Of a stretch of 64,000 bases of DNA, positions 26,440 to 39,298 are shown piece by piece; position 1 is the stretch's first letter, and the number at the start of each line of letters is the position of its first letter. Under the pieces are notes generated by a model. It saw only the letters and a program-made list of their open reading frames with translations, did not search any database and was not told the DNA's origin. The position numbers were made by a program, and so were the translations under genes. The DNA comes from Blasia pusilla (Eukaryota), in NCBI GenBank assembly GCA_050084515.1, contig CM114271.1, positions 41,912,001-41,976,000 on the forward strand, in the 5' to 3' direction.

Positions 26440-27949
26440 CAAACCAAATCCAGTCTCCTAATGAGAGGCTTGGGTTACTTACAAGGCAAGGAGGACGTCC
26501 ATAGCTCCGTTGCATCGTGCTAAGAGTTTCAACAGAGAGAGGATGAGCTCCAAAACTCTCTCCCCTTGGATATATCCCCTTCCTTCTTCCAAGCTCTCGC
26601 CATGATAACCTATGCTCACAAGTCATCTCCTTGGCTCTTTATTTGCTATAGGGAGTCAACTCTATTCATAACGGTTACTTACCTGAAATAGCAAGTTCCT
26701 CTATATAGCTCCAAATAAGCCAAAACAAAGGGGAACTTTCTCTCTTAGGTTACCCGTTGCCTCAACAGGTCATCCTTGATCTCCTTAAGTTGTCCTCGAC
26801 TATCCTCAAAGGCACTCTTCTATAAACTCGTCAACCCATCCTAAAAGATGTAACAACAATCCAAACCAACAATGACTTGCAAGTACTATAATATCGACGC
26901 TGAGGTAAAATAGAAGAGCAGTAAGTCACTGCAATGGTCGTATTGCTCCATTGTTTTCTTTGCTGCTTCCTCCCAAATCGGGTTTTCTCTACATCCATTT
27001 CACTCTCTTGTAGCAACTAATCACGATGAGAACTTGTATTTCCAAGAATAAAATAGGAAGTATTCAATGTATACAGTCCCGCTAGTGGGTTGGCTTAGCT
27101 TAAATTCAACTTCAAGATAAGGGCTATTCCCTTGAACCAGAAGAAAAGCAGAATAGGAACACACATAAAAATTTGCACATTAAGTGACATTGGGAATGAA
27201 AGCTCTTGTCACTCCTTGGTCACCTCCACAAAGTCCATAACGCATATTACAAGAGCATATATAGAGATTGTTGAGCAGATTGTATTTGAGTTTTCCAACA
27301 CATTCAACAGCCTAAATTCAATGCCCAAAGGTAATTCATTGGTAAGTAATGTGTATTGGGATCTCAATCAGATAAAGTGGATAGTATTGTCAACAACTTG
27401 AAGTTCCAACTTACACTTAGAAAGCTCCACACCAACACTTTGTAGGATCAGCACTCACACTAGAGTGCCTCCTTTTCATAGGGTACTATCTTTATTTATT
27501 CCTCTTTCTACAACCATCCAAAATCTCTGAAAGCGCCAACAAGGGCATAGAATTTTTTAGTTGCAATTGATAATTACTAAAAAGTTAGACTACAATTCAG
27601 ATACCTATAAAGCTTACCCATTCTAGTTGTGGAAAAGAAAATGATGGTAGCATGCGTCATACTACAAACACACATATAGTGGAAGTGAGTGTGAAACTCC
27701 ATAATATACTATGAAGAAAATCGTGATTCCTCTGCGAGATAAACACTAATATATATGTTGTATATAAAAAAACATGCAATGCAAGTGAATAGTACAGTGA
27801 ATAATACATTACAATAGAACTGTAGTACGTATTATGTGAATACTTACATAGAGTTTGCACATTAGGAAAAATATAGAATAGTATAACTGACTAGATAAGC
27901 AACAATGATCAACAAGGATGGATAGTAGTAATAGCGGACTTGTATTCAA

Positions 27950-28290
27950 GATCTATTTCAGACTCCGCAAAGCTTCTTCATATTTGGGCGTCCACCTAAA
28001 CGGTGCGTTCTTGCAAAGTAACGCATGAGGCGGGCTCGCAATTTCTGCAAATATCTTCACATGTTTCCGAAAGTGAGTGGCGAGTCCTAGAAAGGTGTGG
28101 GTTTGAGGCAGATTTCTAGGAGTCGGCCATTGCACTAAATTTTTAATCTTGTTTTGGTTCGGTTGGACTCCTTCATGGTCGATCAAAAACTCTAAGTAAA
28201 CCACATTAGGTTGGCCAAATGAACATTTTCTTTCCTTGAATTAGAGCTTCTCTGGCCTTAAGCGTTTGAGTACCTCTTTGATATCTGTGC
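27950..28290 (-). pseudogene. Isolated gypsy RT/thumb fragment
   Basis: KCSFGQPNVVYLEF...WPTPRNL..TFLGLATHFRKHVKIFAEIASP..LL.KNAPFRW. Confidence 0.75.
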
Positions 28291-28381
28291 GCCCCTTCAT
28301 AAGTGGATCCCATGTGTGTTAGATACTTTTGGGACTCTAGTTAGGTGAGTAGAAGGAGCTAGAACAACAATCTGCAATTTA

Positions 28382-29087
28382 AATGGGATCATTGGTGCTA
28401 TTTGGGCCGAGATGGTGGCAGCTCACAAATCAGATTTGGATAGGAAATTAGCTTCAGTTGTCCATGCTTACAACACAGCTGAGAAGAGTACCACAGGGAA
28501 AAGTCCCTACTTCTTGGTGTATGGGCAGAACCCTCTCTCGGTAGTAGAGTTGGAGTTGAAGATTGATCATACTCTAGAAGGGCACTTCCAACTTGAAGGT
28601 GGCATAGATAGCAAGCTGGATATGATTGATGCCCTAGAGGAGGAGAGAAAGGCAGCATTAGAGAAGACCAAGGCCGTTCAGCAACAAAGGAAGATGAGGT
28701 TTGATAACCGAATACAACATGATCCAGTGAAGGAGGGGGACATAGTGCTCATGTACGATAGTCGACCCCAAGAGTTTCCAGGAAAGCTGCACATTCGACT
28801 GCTTGGGCCTTATCAGCTGAAGAGCATCCAGGGGAGTGATGAGATCAAATGAGGAGCATCCAAGGAAGTGATGAGAGCAGGTGGAGCTGAAGAGCATCCA
28901 GGGGAGTAATGAGATCAGGTGAGGAGCATCCAAGGAAGTGATGAGAGCAGGTGGAGCTGAAGAGCATCCAGGGGAGTAATGAGATGAGGTGAGGAGCATT
29001 CAAGGAAGTGATGAGATCAGGTGAGGAGCATCCAAGGAAGCGATGAGAGCAAGTGGAGCTGAAGAGCATCCAGGGGAGTAATGAGAT
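28382..29087 (+). mobile_element. Integrase C-terminal fragment plus 70-bp tandem repeats, same family as 31681-39298
   Basis: Near-identical to ~37390-37985 (AYNT..GKSPYFLVYG, LGPY). GAGCATCCAGGGG recurs at 28822, 28892 and 28962 (period 70). Confidence 0.85.
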
Positions 29088-31680
29088 CTTCCCTTTCCTT
29101 TTAGCTTTTACCTCCTGCTCCGAGTCCGAGGACTCGGACGAATCCTCTGTAGAGGATTCCGTGTCGGTGGAGGACGCTTCGTCTTTGGACAAAGCACTAG
29201 TCTGCGACGCCCCTCTTTGTTGGTGACGCCGTCTTCGTGTTCGGGCGGGACTTTTTCTGAAGCTTAAATCAGACGCCTCATCGAGGCTATGCGCCTCAGG
29301 GAATCCCGTTGACCTCTCCGGCAATACCTATCCATTTCTTTGGACAAGCGGACACTAACCAATCTACCAATTGGGAGGTAGTAGTGTGTTCTAGCTTATT
29401 CACAAGGCTCCGAACCGTTGGGTATATTCCCGAGAGAGTTTCCTTCTTTCTTCGCTTCAGGTCGCGAAGCTTTGTAAGAAGCCTGTCCTCGAACTCCAAG
29501 TTGAGGAACTCATGTAGGAAGGATTCCACGACCCTCTTCCAGGTCTCCGTGACTTCTGCTCCGAGACCTTCATACCACTGGCTTGCTCGCTTCTTGAGCA
29601 AGCCCGGGAAGACTCGTAACAAATCCTCCTCCGCCCCTTCCCCGTTGGCTTTTGCGACATGGGTGAATTCAAGAATAAAGTTATCCACATCGTCTCGTCG
29701 GCCTCCAAAGAAAGGTGGGGTACCTTAGCGAGTTTTTCTAGTGTTGGCCATGGGCACGCTGCTCTCTGCTGGCTACCGGGCTTGATGCTCGAGAGGGAGG
29801 AGGTAAAGGTGCCGCCCGAGGTGCTCTGATCGGCTCCTTGCTCCCTGACTCTCCAAAGGGGTCCTAGGACGACTCTTCATCCGATTGCGAAGTGGCAGGG
29901 GACGTAGTGGGAAATTTGTCCCTTTCTTTCTTCTTGGTCTTCGTCTTTGGACGAGGACGAAGACTCGGAGACGAACCAGGGGTCTCAAGCCGTTGCTATT
30001 CCTCGCCGCCATCGCGATTGATTGGCTCGCTGCTCTCGCGAAGAGGGCTGAGAGCCTTCCATAAGTCTCTTGAGGGATTTTGCAACTCGCAATCACCCCC
30101 ACGGTGGCGATAGGGTAAGGGTCCATGGATGGAGGTTAACTACTGATTCTTTTTACATCTACAGGAGGGTGCCTGGTGCTCCTATGCTTCCTGCCAGGTT
30201 TTCCTCCCATAGACAAAAGTACCGGGTTTTCACCAAGTACAACTATCGTCCATGGGCGAAGCACCGTTCGGCGACCGGTTCTTTGACCATTCTAATTAGT
30301 TGGCCTATCTTCTCTAGCACCAATGCAGCAACTGTATTGTTATCTTCAAGCATACATTGTCTTATGGGGGTCGCTAGAGCTAGCCGATGGTCTTTAGTAA
30401 GAATTAGGATGTGGGTTGTCTAGGAGCGAAGCTTCTTTCTCCGTTCCCTGCTTCCCCATGGATCTTTTTCTCCCTTCTCAGCCAAGGATATGATCCCCGG
30501 CAGCGGTGCCAAAAAGTCTTCGACTATATGTAATGTTTAAGTGTTTCTTATTTACAGTCAATTGTAGAGTTCGATCCCCAAGAGGATCATTGTTGGATGA
30601 AAAGAGAGTATAAGGTGATGATTATGTTGTAAAAGTGTAATTGATTATGTAATTCAATTGTAATGTTTCAGTATCAGCTTCCGATCCTTCTTAGTACCTA
30701 TGTTTTCTTCTTCAATTCTCTCGAGTGGAGTTTAAAGGACGCTCAGGCAATTTGTTCTCTCATCATCTCAGAACCTCACAGAGACCTCAAGAATAAAGCT
30801 GGCTTCTCCTACTTTCGAACTCAACCGTCAAGGGTAGGTTACTCTCTGTCAAACAGATTTCATACAACTTTATATTGATTATTCCATTGATGAGAAAGGT
30901 TCGCCTGATTCACTCTTCACTCGGCAGACCCAAAAAGAATATTCAGACATAAGCATCGCACATCAGAATGAATGAATGAATGCTTTACTACTCCATCAAG
31001 AATTGGAAGACTTCAAAGTATCTACAAGCTCGAGAGGGTACAACTCTCTTGCTCAGACGTCGTGAGCAAATGATGCTAATAGCTTCTGTCCTGTTTCTTA
31101 AATATTCTCGAGAGTAGGATCGTTTCTATGATCCGAAGCGTTCTTGATGAAGGGTGTGTCTTTTCAATATCTGTAACTACCTAGATCTATGGTTCTCTTA
31201 GCTTTTCCTATGATCCCTATGAATCCGTGGTACAAAACTGTCCTAACTACCAATTTGATACAAAGGGTCGCGCCCTTTCCTAGTCTCATTCTGTAAACTA
31301 TGTGTCGTTTTGAATCTCAATCATGCTGAGCTTCGCTGCCCTAAATTTCCGGAGGACGAAGTTCTTCTTTCTTCTTCGTGCTTCGCTCTTCGTGCTTCGT
31401 TCAAGAGCAAAGTTCTTCGTATATAGAGCTTCGTTGAGCTTCGTTAGACTTTGTTAAGCTTTGCTGGGCTTCGCTGAGCTTTGCTTTGATCCTTTATACT
31501 TCTTTACAACTTTTGATTCTCCTCTAAGGCAAATCCTTGATCTTTATCTCTCTGCCTTGTCTTCGGAGCTTGGTGATTCACTTATTCTTCTTCATAATAA
31601 TAATCAAAATCATAATATACAAGAGTCTTCTTTGAAAAAAAAAATATATTCTTCAAGATTACAAAATTGTGGGTATCACA
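29088..31680 (-). mobile_element. 3'-truncated Athila/Tat-like gypsy element (LTR ~30516-31680, PBS, gag)
   Basis: The minus strand starts TGTGATACCCAC at 31680. tRNA-Asp-type PBS TGGCACCGCTGCCGGGGAT at ~30493-30511. Gag (VDNFILEF...ASQWYE) at 29300-29750. Confidence 0.75.
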
Positions 31681-34600
31681 CCCTGTATCTGAGTATGTGC
31701 ATGATTGAGTGATGAGTTGGGGGGGCTTGATGAAGGGAGATTCTTGGAGCTGATTCAACTAATCATTCAAAAGTGTAGTGAGTGGACAAGAGGCTGTACC
31801 AGTAGAGGGGATGCAAGCTTGGGTTCCAAGATTGTGCTCCACCAAGGTGTGCTTGGAAAGCTTTCTGTTCTGCCCACCTGAGCTTGGCCTTTGACACCAA
31901 TCACTGATTACTTCCAGGGTGTGACAACTTGGACTTCCAGGTCTCGTAAGTGATAAGAGTTAGTGAGTGGAGAGAGAGAGAAAGGGTCATGCTTGAGCTC
32001 CCCTATAGGTAGAAGACCATGGGCTTAGCCTGTTAAGTCTCCTACTACCTGAACAAGAAGGGAGAACAAAGGATCAGCAAGGTAAGAGGAGAAGAAGAAG
32101 GTGATTGCACTACCTGATCGGTTAGGAGTTGGGTGTACTTTAGAGGATGTCCTTGGTACATTCAACTAGTCCAAGGCAGCACATTGGAGGACCTTATGCT
32201 GCCCTGGTCATTCTTGACTGTGATTTCTAAGTAGAGTGTGCTTGTTGGGTTCCACTGGCCACTCCACTCAAAGAAAGGAAGGAGTTTTGGTTAGTAGGGT
32301 GAGGATAGGATTGTGATACTGAAGTGGAGAGAGTTTCTCCAGCCTCTTAAGGTAAAGAGGTGGGGTTTACAATCATATGAGTACATCTTGTAGATCTGAT
32401 CTTTTGATCCGGCCCTAAGCTCTTATGGGACCGAAGGCCCTGGTGGAACTAGCAACATTTTCACAGGTTGTGTCTTTGCCATGTATTACCTGGTGAGACA
32501 TTTTGGCGCCACCTGCCGGGAGCTGTGGAGTCAGACCAAAAATGAAGGAGACTTATGAGTGAGCGGCATCAAAGACATTCAGCAAGGAGTGCACGGAAGG
32601 CTGCTGCAGATCACCAAGAAGAGAGAGAAAGAGCTTCCATAGGAGACTCTTTAGTGGGGAGTTCAAGTTCAGCACTTGCTATAACAGCGGGCTCAGTTCA
32701 AGTGGTTCCTGCTCAAGCTACCTCTGTCAAGATGCCTCCCTCATTTCGAATCAAGTACACCAGATTTTGAGGGGATGGTAGTCAAGATGTGGATGACTGG
32801 ATGGAACAATACCTAGCAACTTTGGCAGCCAATAATGAAGGGGATGAAGACACAACCAAGAGGTTGTTTCGTGGGCTGATTGATGGAGAAGCCTTGCGTT
32901 GGTACAATGCCTTGGAGGTTGATGAAAGCTGATTGGCCAAGGCTGAAGTCAGCATTTGAGCAAGAGTTTAGGGGGATTGGGGCAGATTCAAGGGTGATGT
33001 CACGACTGAATTCTATCAAGATGAAGGCAAGTGACACACTAAGGAGCTACACCCAGCGTGTCCATCAGCTGATAGGGAAGCTATCCATAGTACCACCAGC
33101 AAACCTTCAGTGGGAGTGGTTTATTTCTGGTCTACCAGAGTTGTTGGATTTTGAAGTGAGGAAGGCAGATCCTCAAACATTAGCAGCTGCTGTTGATGTG
33201 GCCAAGAGATATGAGAAGTCAGCCCTACTATCAAAGGCCACAAGGCAGAGAAGAAGTGAAGAAGAAGGTCAAGTTTGAGGACTCGATGATAGTGATGAGT
33301 ACTTGGTGGAGGACAGAGAAGAGAAGTCTAGCCATCAGAGAGGTAGAGAGACACATCCATCACAACTCACCAAGGTTGTGAAGGATGAAATGCAGACCTT
33401 AAGGGCAGCCATAGAGGAGGTGAAGGTGTTGATGGATGATATCAAGAAGAACCGCAAGGCAGTCCCTATGACCCGCACTAATATTTGGTGCACCCGATGC
33501 AAGAAGGAGGGTCACTTCTCTTATGATTGTCAAGCTGATTGAAGGATGATCCAAGAGACGGAGCTGAACTCTCAAGAGCTAGAGCTCAGGGACATAGAGT
33601 GTCTTTATGCTATTCAACAAGGAGCTCTACGTCTTGATATCGAGGCTAGACCAGGGATTCAATACCAAGAATCCCTGGTGCTTGTTGGGAATGGGGAGGT
33701 TGGACATATCTCACCTGAGTGCCCACACCGGAGGATGCCTGGGAGTACATCTTGTTGTGTAGAAATTGCAGGAAGAGGGGCACAAGGCTTCCGGTGCCCA
33801 AAGCTGTGCAACTTAGAGTGTTGCCCCGCTATACCCCAATCCCACCTAGGAAGAAGAGACCCTCAACTGGTCCAACAAGTCAGCAGAGCAAAGAACAACC
33901 AAGGGCGAGGCACGACTTCAAATGTCGATGGATCAGAATCGTGAAGAGGAGAATGTAGAGAGTGATTACCAGGAGGCAAACCAATGAAGAGAAGGGCAAG
34001 GGGCCTGCAAGAGAGGAGATCAGATCAGGTGGAGAAGAGGAGGAAGAAGCTCCGCCTTTGAGTTGCTCCTCGATATTCTTGAAGAAGTGCTAGCCCACTT
34101 GGAAGAGCTACATACCAAGGAGGGAGAGGCGAGTACCAAGAAGACTACAATGGTGGTAAGACCCTCTTTGTCCCCTGCACCATAAAGGGAGTTGCACTAC
34201 AACATCATCTTTGGACATTGAGAAGAGGTTAGTGAAGTCACCATTGGGCGATTGTTGAAGGATAATCCAAGGTACCAAAGCAAGTGTTGATACAAGAAAG
34301 ACCAAGAGGAGGAAGAAGCTCCCACCTACCATTTCAGAGGTGAGGTACATCAAGTGGAGGATTGGGGAGCACCGAGATCGACACTTGAGATTGAAGGGTG
34401 TTTGATCACAAGGGTACCCGGTGGATGGAGGTTCAGTGTGAATGTCATGATGGAGCAAGCTGCTGTGACGACTGGTTACACAGATTCGAGCCTACCCCAA
34501 AGATATTGAGGATGGCTAACCAAGAGGAAGTGGTACCGGTGGGTAAGTTATCTCAGGTAGTTACTAGGATGGGAGAGTTGGAGTATGTTTTGAACTATGT

Positions 34601-37600
34601 AGTAATCAGGCTACCCATTCTGCTACATTCCAAGTTTTGTTGGGAAGGCCTTGGTGTACAAGGGGGAGTTTTGGAGGATTGGAAGAAGAAGGAGTTTAGG
34701 ATTGGTTCAAGAAGGAACCCATGGGGGCTTCTAGCATACCAAGGCGAGACAACAGCAAGCTCCATGGGGTACACGATTGAGAGTGAGGAAGTAGATGAAG
34801 AAGAGCAAGCTTCAGATTTCTTTGGATGGTGGTGAATGCCTTCAAGACAAAGAATGAAAGAGAGTTTGACTTCAACCAACCAGAGGAAGAGCATGTGCAG
34901 GTCAAGGAAGATGAAGAGCCGAGGACACCACCAAGACTTGGCCTCTTACATCAAATGAAGGAGATCAAACAAGACTAGCTATAGGGAAGAAGAAGAAGAA
35001 TGAGCATGCCAGGAGAACTTGATGTCCCACTCACGGTGCATGGGTGCACCAAAGCAACTAATGGAGGATCCAAGTATGAAGGGCTATCATGAGACCTTTG
35101 GAAGAGAGCAAGAGGAGGACCTCTCCGCAAACTTTGTAAAACCAGATTCAAGATGAGAAGATGAGTCTTGCGCCATATATGGAGTTCTATGTAGGGAGCA
35201 CTATCCAGGAGGTGGAGAAAGAAGCCTACAAGGAGTTGTTGCTAGAGTTCAAGGATGTGTTTTCTTGGTCACATCACGACCTGACTGGAATCTCATCCGA
35301 GTATGGAGAACATCGGATAGACTTGAAGGAGGATGCAGATCACCGGTTAGGCAAAGGCAATCTGAGGCTCAATCCAAAGTACTCCTTGAAGGTGAAGGAG
35401 GAGTTGGATAAGCTATTGGAAGCAGGATTTATCTATCCTGTAAAACATAGTGAGTGGGTATCCCCCATTGTGATTGTACCAAAGAAGGTGGGAGCTTATG
35501 GAATAGCCAAGATCAGAGTTTGTCAAGACCATAGAAAGTTGAATGAGGCTACCAAGAAGGACTTCTACCCGCTGCCCTTCACGATATCATCATCTTTGGA
35601 CCATGTAGCCGGGTCATGCGGTGTACACTTTCTTGGGCGGTATGTCGGGGTACTACAGACCTTCATCGAGTTGGAGACCAGATCTACACTACATTCACCA
35701 CTGATTGGGGACTTATGCATTTTGTAGGATACCCTTTGGATTGTGTAATGCTCCAGGTACATTTCAGAGGATCATGAGAGACATTTTCCATGATTTCTTG
35801 AGGCATTTTCTAGAGGTCTTCATTGATGATTTTGCAGTTTTCAGTAAAAGGGAGGAGCATCTACAACATTTGAGGCTTACCTTTGAAAGATGTAAGGAAG
35901 CCAATCTGAAGTTAAACCAGGAAAGTGCTTCATTGGGATGGAGAGTGGGATCTTTGTTGGGGCATAGAGTATCGGCCGAGGGGATTGTGAGACTGGATAA
36001 AGTGACCACCATCTTGGCTCTCAAAGCACCCACTAGTGTGAAAGAAGTTCGAGGCTTCCTTGGCATGGTTGGTTATTATAGGAGGTTCATAGAGGGATAT
36101 GCTAAGATTTCTCTCCCATTGATCGAGTTGCTGAAGAAGGAGGCTACATTCCACTGGGCAGATCGCCAAGAGGAAGCCTTTAGGAGCTCAAGGCAAGGAT
36201 GGTGAAGGCACCCATGATGGCGACACCAAGGTTTGATAGAGAGTTCCATGTAAGCGGTGATGCTTTTGGATTTTGCATAGGAATTATATTGTGGCAGTAT
36301 GGAGAGGACAAAGAAGAGAGGCCAATTTATTATGCTAGTAGGTAGTTGAGTTCCGCTGAGAGAAACTACAACACTACTGAGAGAGAGTGCTTGCCTATCA
36401 TTTTTGCGTGTAAGAAGTTCAGGCATTACCTCCTTGGCTATGATGTGGTCTTTCACACTCATCATGATGCCATCAAACATCTGGTCAACAAGGCTGATCT
36501 ATCCGGCAGAGTTGCAAGGTGGGTTATGCGGCTACAAGAGTTCCAATACCAGATCAAGGTGAAGCCAGGGATGGGGAACAAGAATGTTGACTACCTGTCC
36601 AGGCTAGAGGAGGAAGAGATGAGAAACTCTATTGTTGCCAAGTTTCCTGATGAACACCTCTTTGCCATTTCAGAAGAAGGGGATGAGTATGTTGAGATTA
36701 GAAGGTATCTCAAAGAGGGAGTTGTTCCACCCGCGAACTCTCAAAAACAAAAGATGTTTATGGTTAAGCGGGGCCATATGCATTGATCGAGGATGTCTTT
36801 TGTTCAAACTTGGACCATATGACAAAGTTGAGAAGGTGTGTGAGTAAGGGGAGAAAGTCCGAGAATCATGCACACATTCCACTCGGAGAGGAGGGGGTCA
36901 CTTTGGAGTGGAGACCACCATCAAGAAGATTCGAAGCTGCAGGGTACTAGTGGCCTACCCTCCATAGAGATGTGCACAAGTACATCGAAGTTGTGACCCT
37001 TGCCAACATTCAGAAAACCTTGATTAAGGATCATCGGCCACTCACACCTATCATCCCTTTGGGTCCTTTTGCTAAGTGGGGAATTGACTTCATTGGTCCT
37101 ATCACTCCTGCTAGTAAGGGCCATAGAAATAGGTATATTATTCTAGCCACCGATTATGCTACTAAGTGGGTGGAAGCTAAGGCCACAAGGAAGAATGATG
37201 GTGAAAGCTGTTGGGAGGTTCTTGTATGAGCATATTCTCATGAGGTTTGGTGCTCCATGGGAGTTAGTGAGTGATAGAGGTTTGCACTTCATTAATGAGG
37301 TGATTCAGGCTATAACAGAGCAAAGACCGAATCAAGCATAGGTTGACCACACCTTACAACCCTAAGGCTAATGGTCTCACCGAGAGAGCCAATGGGATCA
37401 TTGGTGCTATTTTGACCAAGATGGTGGCACTCACTAATCAGATTTGGATAGGAAATTAGCTTCATTTGTCCATGCTTACAACACACAGGTGAGAAGAGTA
37501 CCACAGGAAAAGTCCCTACTTCTTGGTGTATGGGGCGGGAACCCTCTCTCGGTAGTAGAGTTGGAGTTGAAGACTGATCATACTCTAGAAGGGCACTTCC

Positions 37601-39298
37601 AACTTGAAGGTGGCATAGATAGCAGTGGATATGATTGATGCCCTAGAGGAGGAGAGAAAGGCAAGCATTAGAGAAGACCAAGGCCGTTCAAAGCAACAAA
37701 GGAAGATGAGGTTTGATAACCGAATACTGACATGATCCAGTGAAGGAGGGGGACATGGTGCTGATGTATGATAGTCGACCCCAAAAGTTTCCAGGAAAGC
37801 TGCACATTCGACTGCTTGGGCCTTATCAGCTGAAGAGCATCCAGGGGAGTGATGAGATCAGATGAGGAGCATCCAAGGAAGTGATGAGAGCAGGTGGAGC
37901 TGAAGAGCATCCAGGGGAGTAATGAGATCAGGTGAGGAGCATCCAAGGAAGTGATGAGATCAGGTGGAGCTGAAGAGCATCCAAGGGAAGCTCGAACCAG
38001 CTTGAGAAGAAGCAAGCATGGGAAGAATGTAAAGGTGGGTCTTACCTTCAAGCATGTCCAAGAGACAAGTCGAGCCTATGCCATCAATGCTGCTCAAGAG
38101 ACTTTAGTTAGGACAGGTTCAGAAGTAGATGAGGTAGAAATTTCAGGCAGTAGATGCCTTGGAGTAGATGCTTAGGGGGAGGTAGATTTGTAGGAAGGTA
38201 GGAACCCAAAATGCCAGAGAAGCCCAAGTGGGGAGAGGGCTCTCTGCTTCACTTATAAATACTCTATTGGGTTTGCTTGAAGGCGGGCATATACATGCTG
38301 TTGGCTAGTAGATACTCGATCTCTTGAGCCAAGCTAACTAGCAGAGTTATGTGCTCCCAGATCTAGGTAGTGTGTAGTGTGCTTGAAGGGGGTTGAGACT
38401 AAGAAGTTCTCTCATGTACTCTATGATTTTGTGATACACAGAAGGTAGCCCTATGAAATGAGTTCACTCCATTGCCCTGTATCTGAGTATGTGCATGATT
38501 GAGTGATGAGTTGGGGGGGCTTGATGAAGGGAGATTCTTGGAGCTGATTCAACTAATCATTCAAAAGTGTAGTGAGTGGACAAGAGGCTGTGTACCAAAG
38601 AGAGGGGATGCAAGCTTGGGTTCCAAGATTGTGCTCCACCAAGGTGTGCTTGAAAGCTTTGCATTCGCCCCACCTGAGCTTGGCCTTTGACACCAATCAC
38701 TGATTACTTCCAGGGTGTGACAACTTGGACTTCCAGGTCTCGTAAGTGATAAGAGTTAGTGAGTGGAGAGAGAGAGAAAGGGTCATGCTTGAGCTCCCCT
38801 ATAGGTAGAAGACCATGGGCTTAGCCTGTTAAGTCTCCTACTACCTGAACAAGAAGGGAGAACAAAGGATCAGCAAGGTAAGAGGAGAAGAAGAAGGTGA
38901 TTGCACTACCTGATCGGTTAGGAGTTGGGTGTACTTTAGAGGATGTCCTTGGTACATTCAACTAGTCCAAGGCAGCACATTGGAGGACCTTATGCTGCCC
39001 TGGTCATTCTTGACTGTGATTTCTAAGTAGAGTGTGCTTGTTGGGTTCCACTGGCCACTCCACTCAAAGAAAGGAAGGAGTTTTGGTTAGTAGGGTGAGG
39101 ATAGGATTGTGATACTGAAGTGGAGAGAGTTTCTCCAGCCTCTTAAGGTAAAGAGGTGGGGTTTACAACTGTTAAGGAGTACATCTTGTAGATCTGATCT
39201 TTTGATCTGGCCCTAAGCTCTTACATGGGACCGAACTGGTGGAACTAGCAACATTTTCACCTGGGTTGTGTGCTGGCCATGTATTACCTGGTGAGACA
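31681..39298 (+). mobile_element. Ty3/gypsy non-chromovirus (Athila/Tat-like) LTR retrotransposon with a truncated 5' LTR
   Basis: Partial 5' LTR 31681-32500 matches 38476-39298. 3' LTR ~38189-39298 follows a PPT. PBS TGGCGCCACCTGCCGGGA ~32504. Gag with CTRCKKEGH knuckle, protease VDGGS, RT EWVSPIVIVPKK/FIDDF, RNase H, integrase [16 protein letters not shown]. Confidence 0.93.

Noticed and set aside
28815-29087. Repeat-spacer-like pattern
   Set aside because: It is a simple 70-bp tandem repeat of the retrotransposon 3' region.
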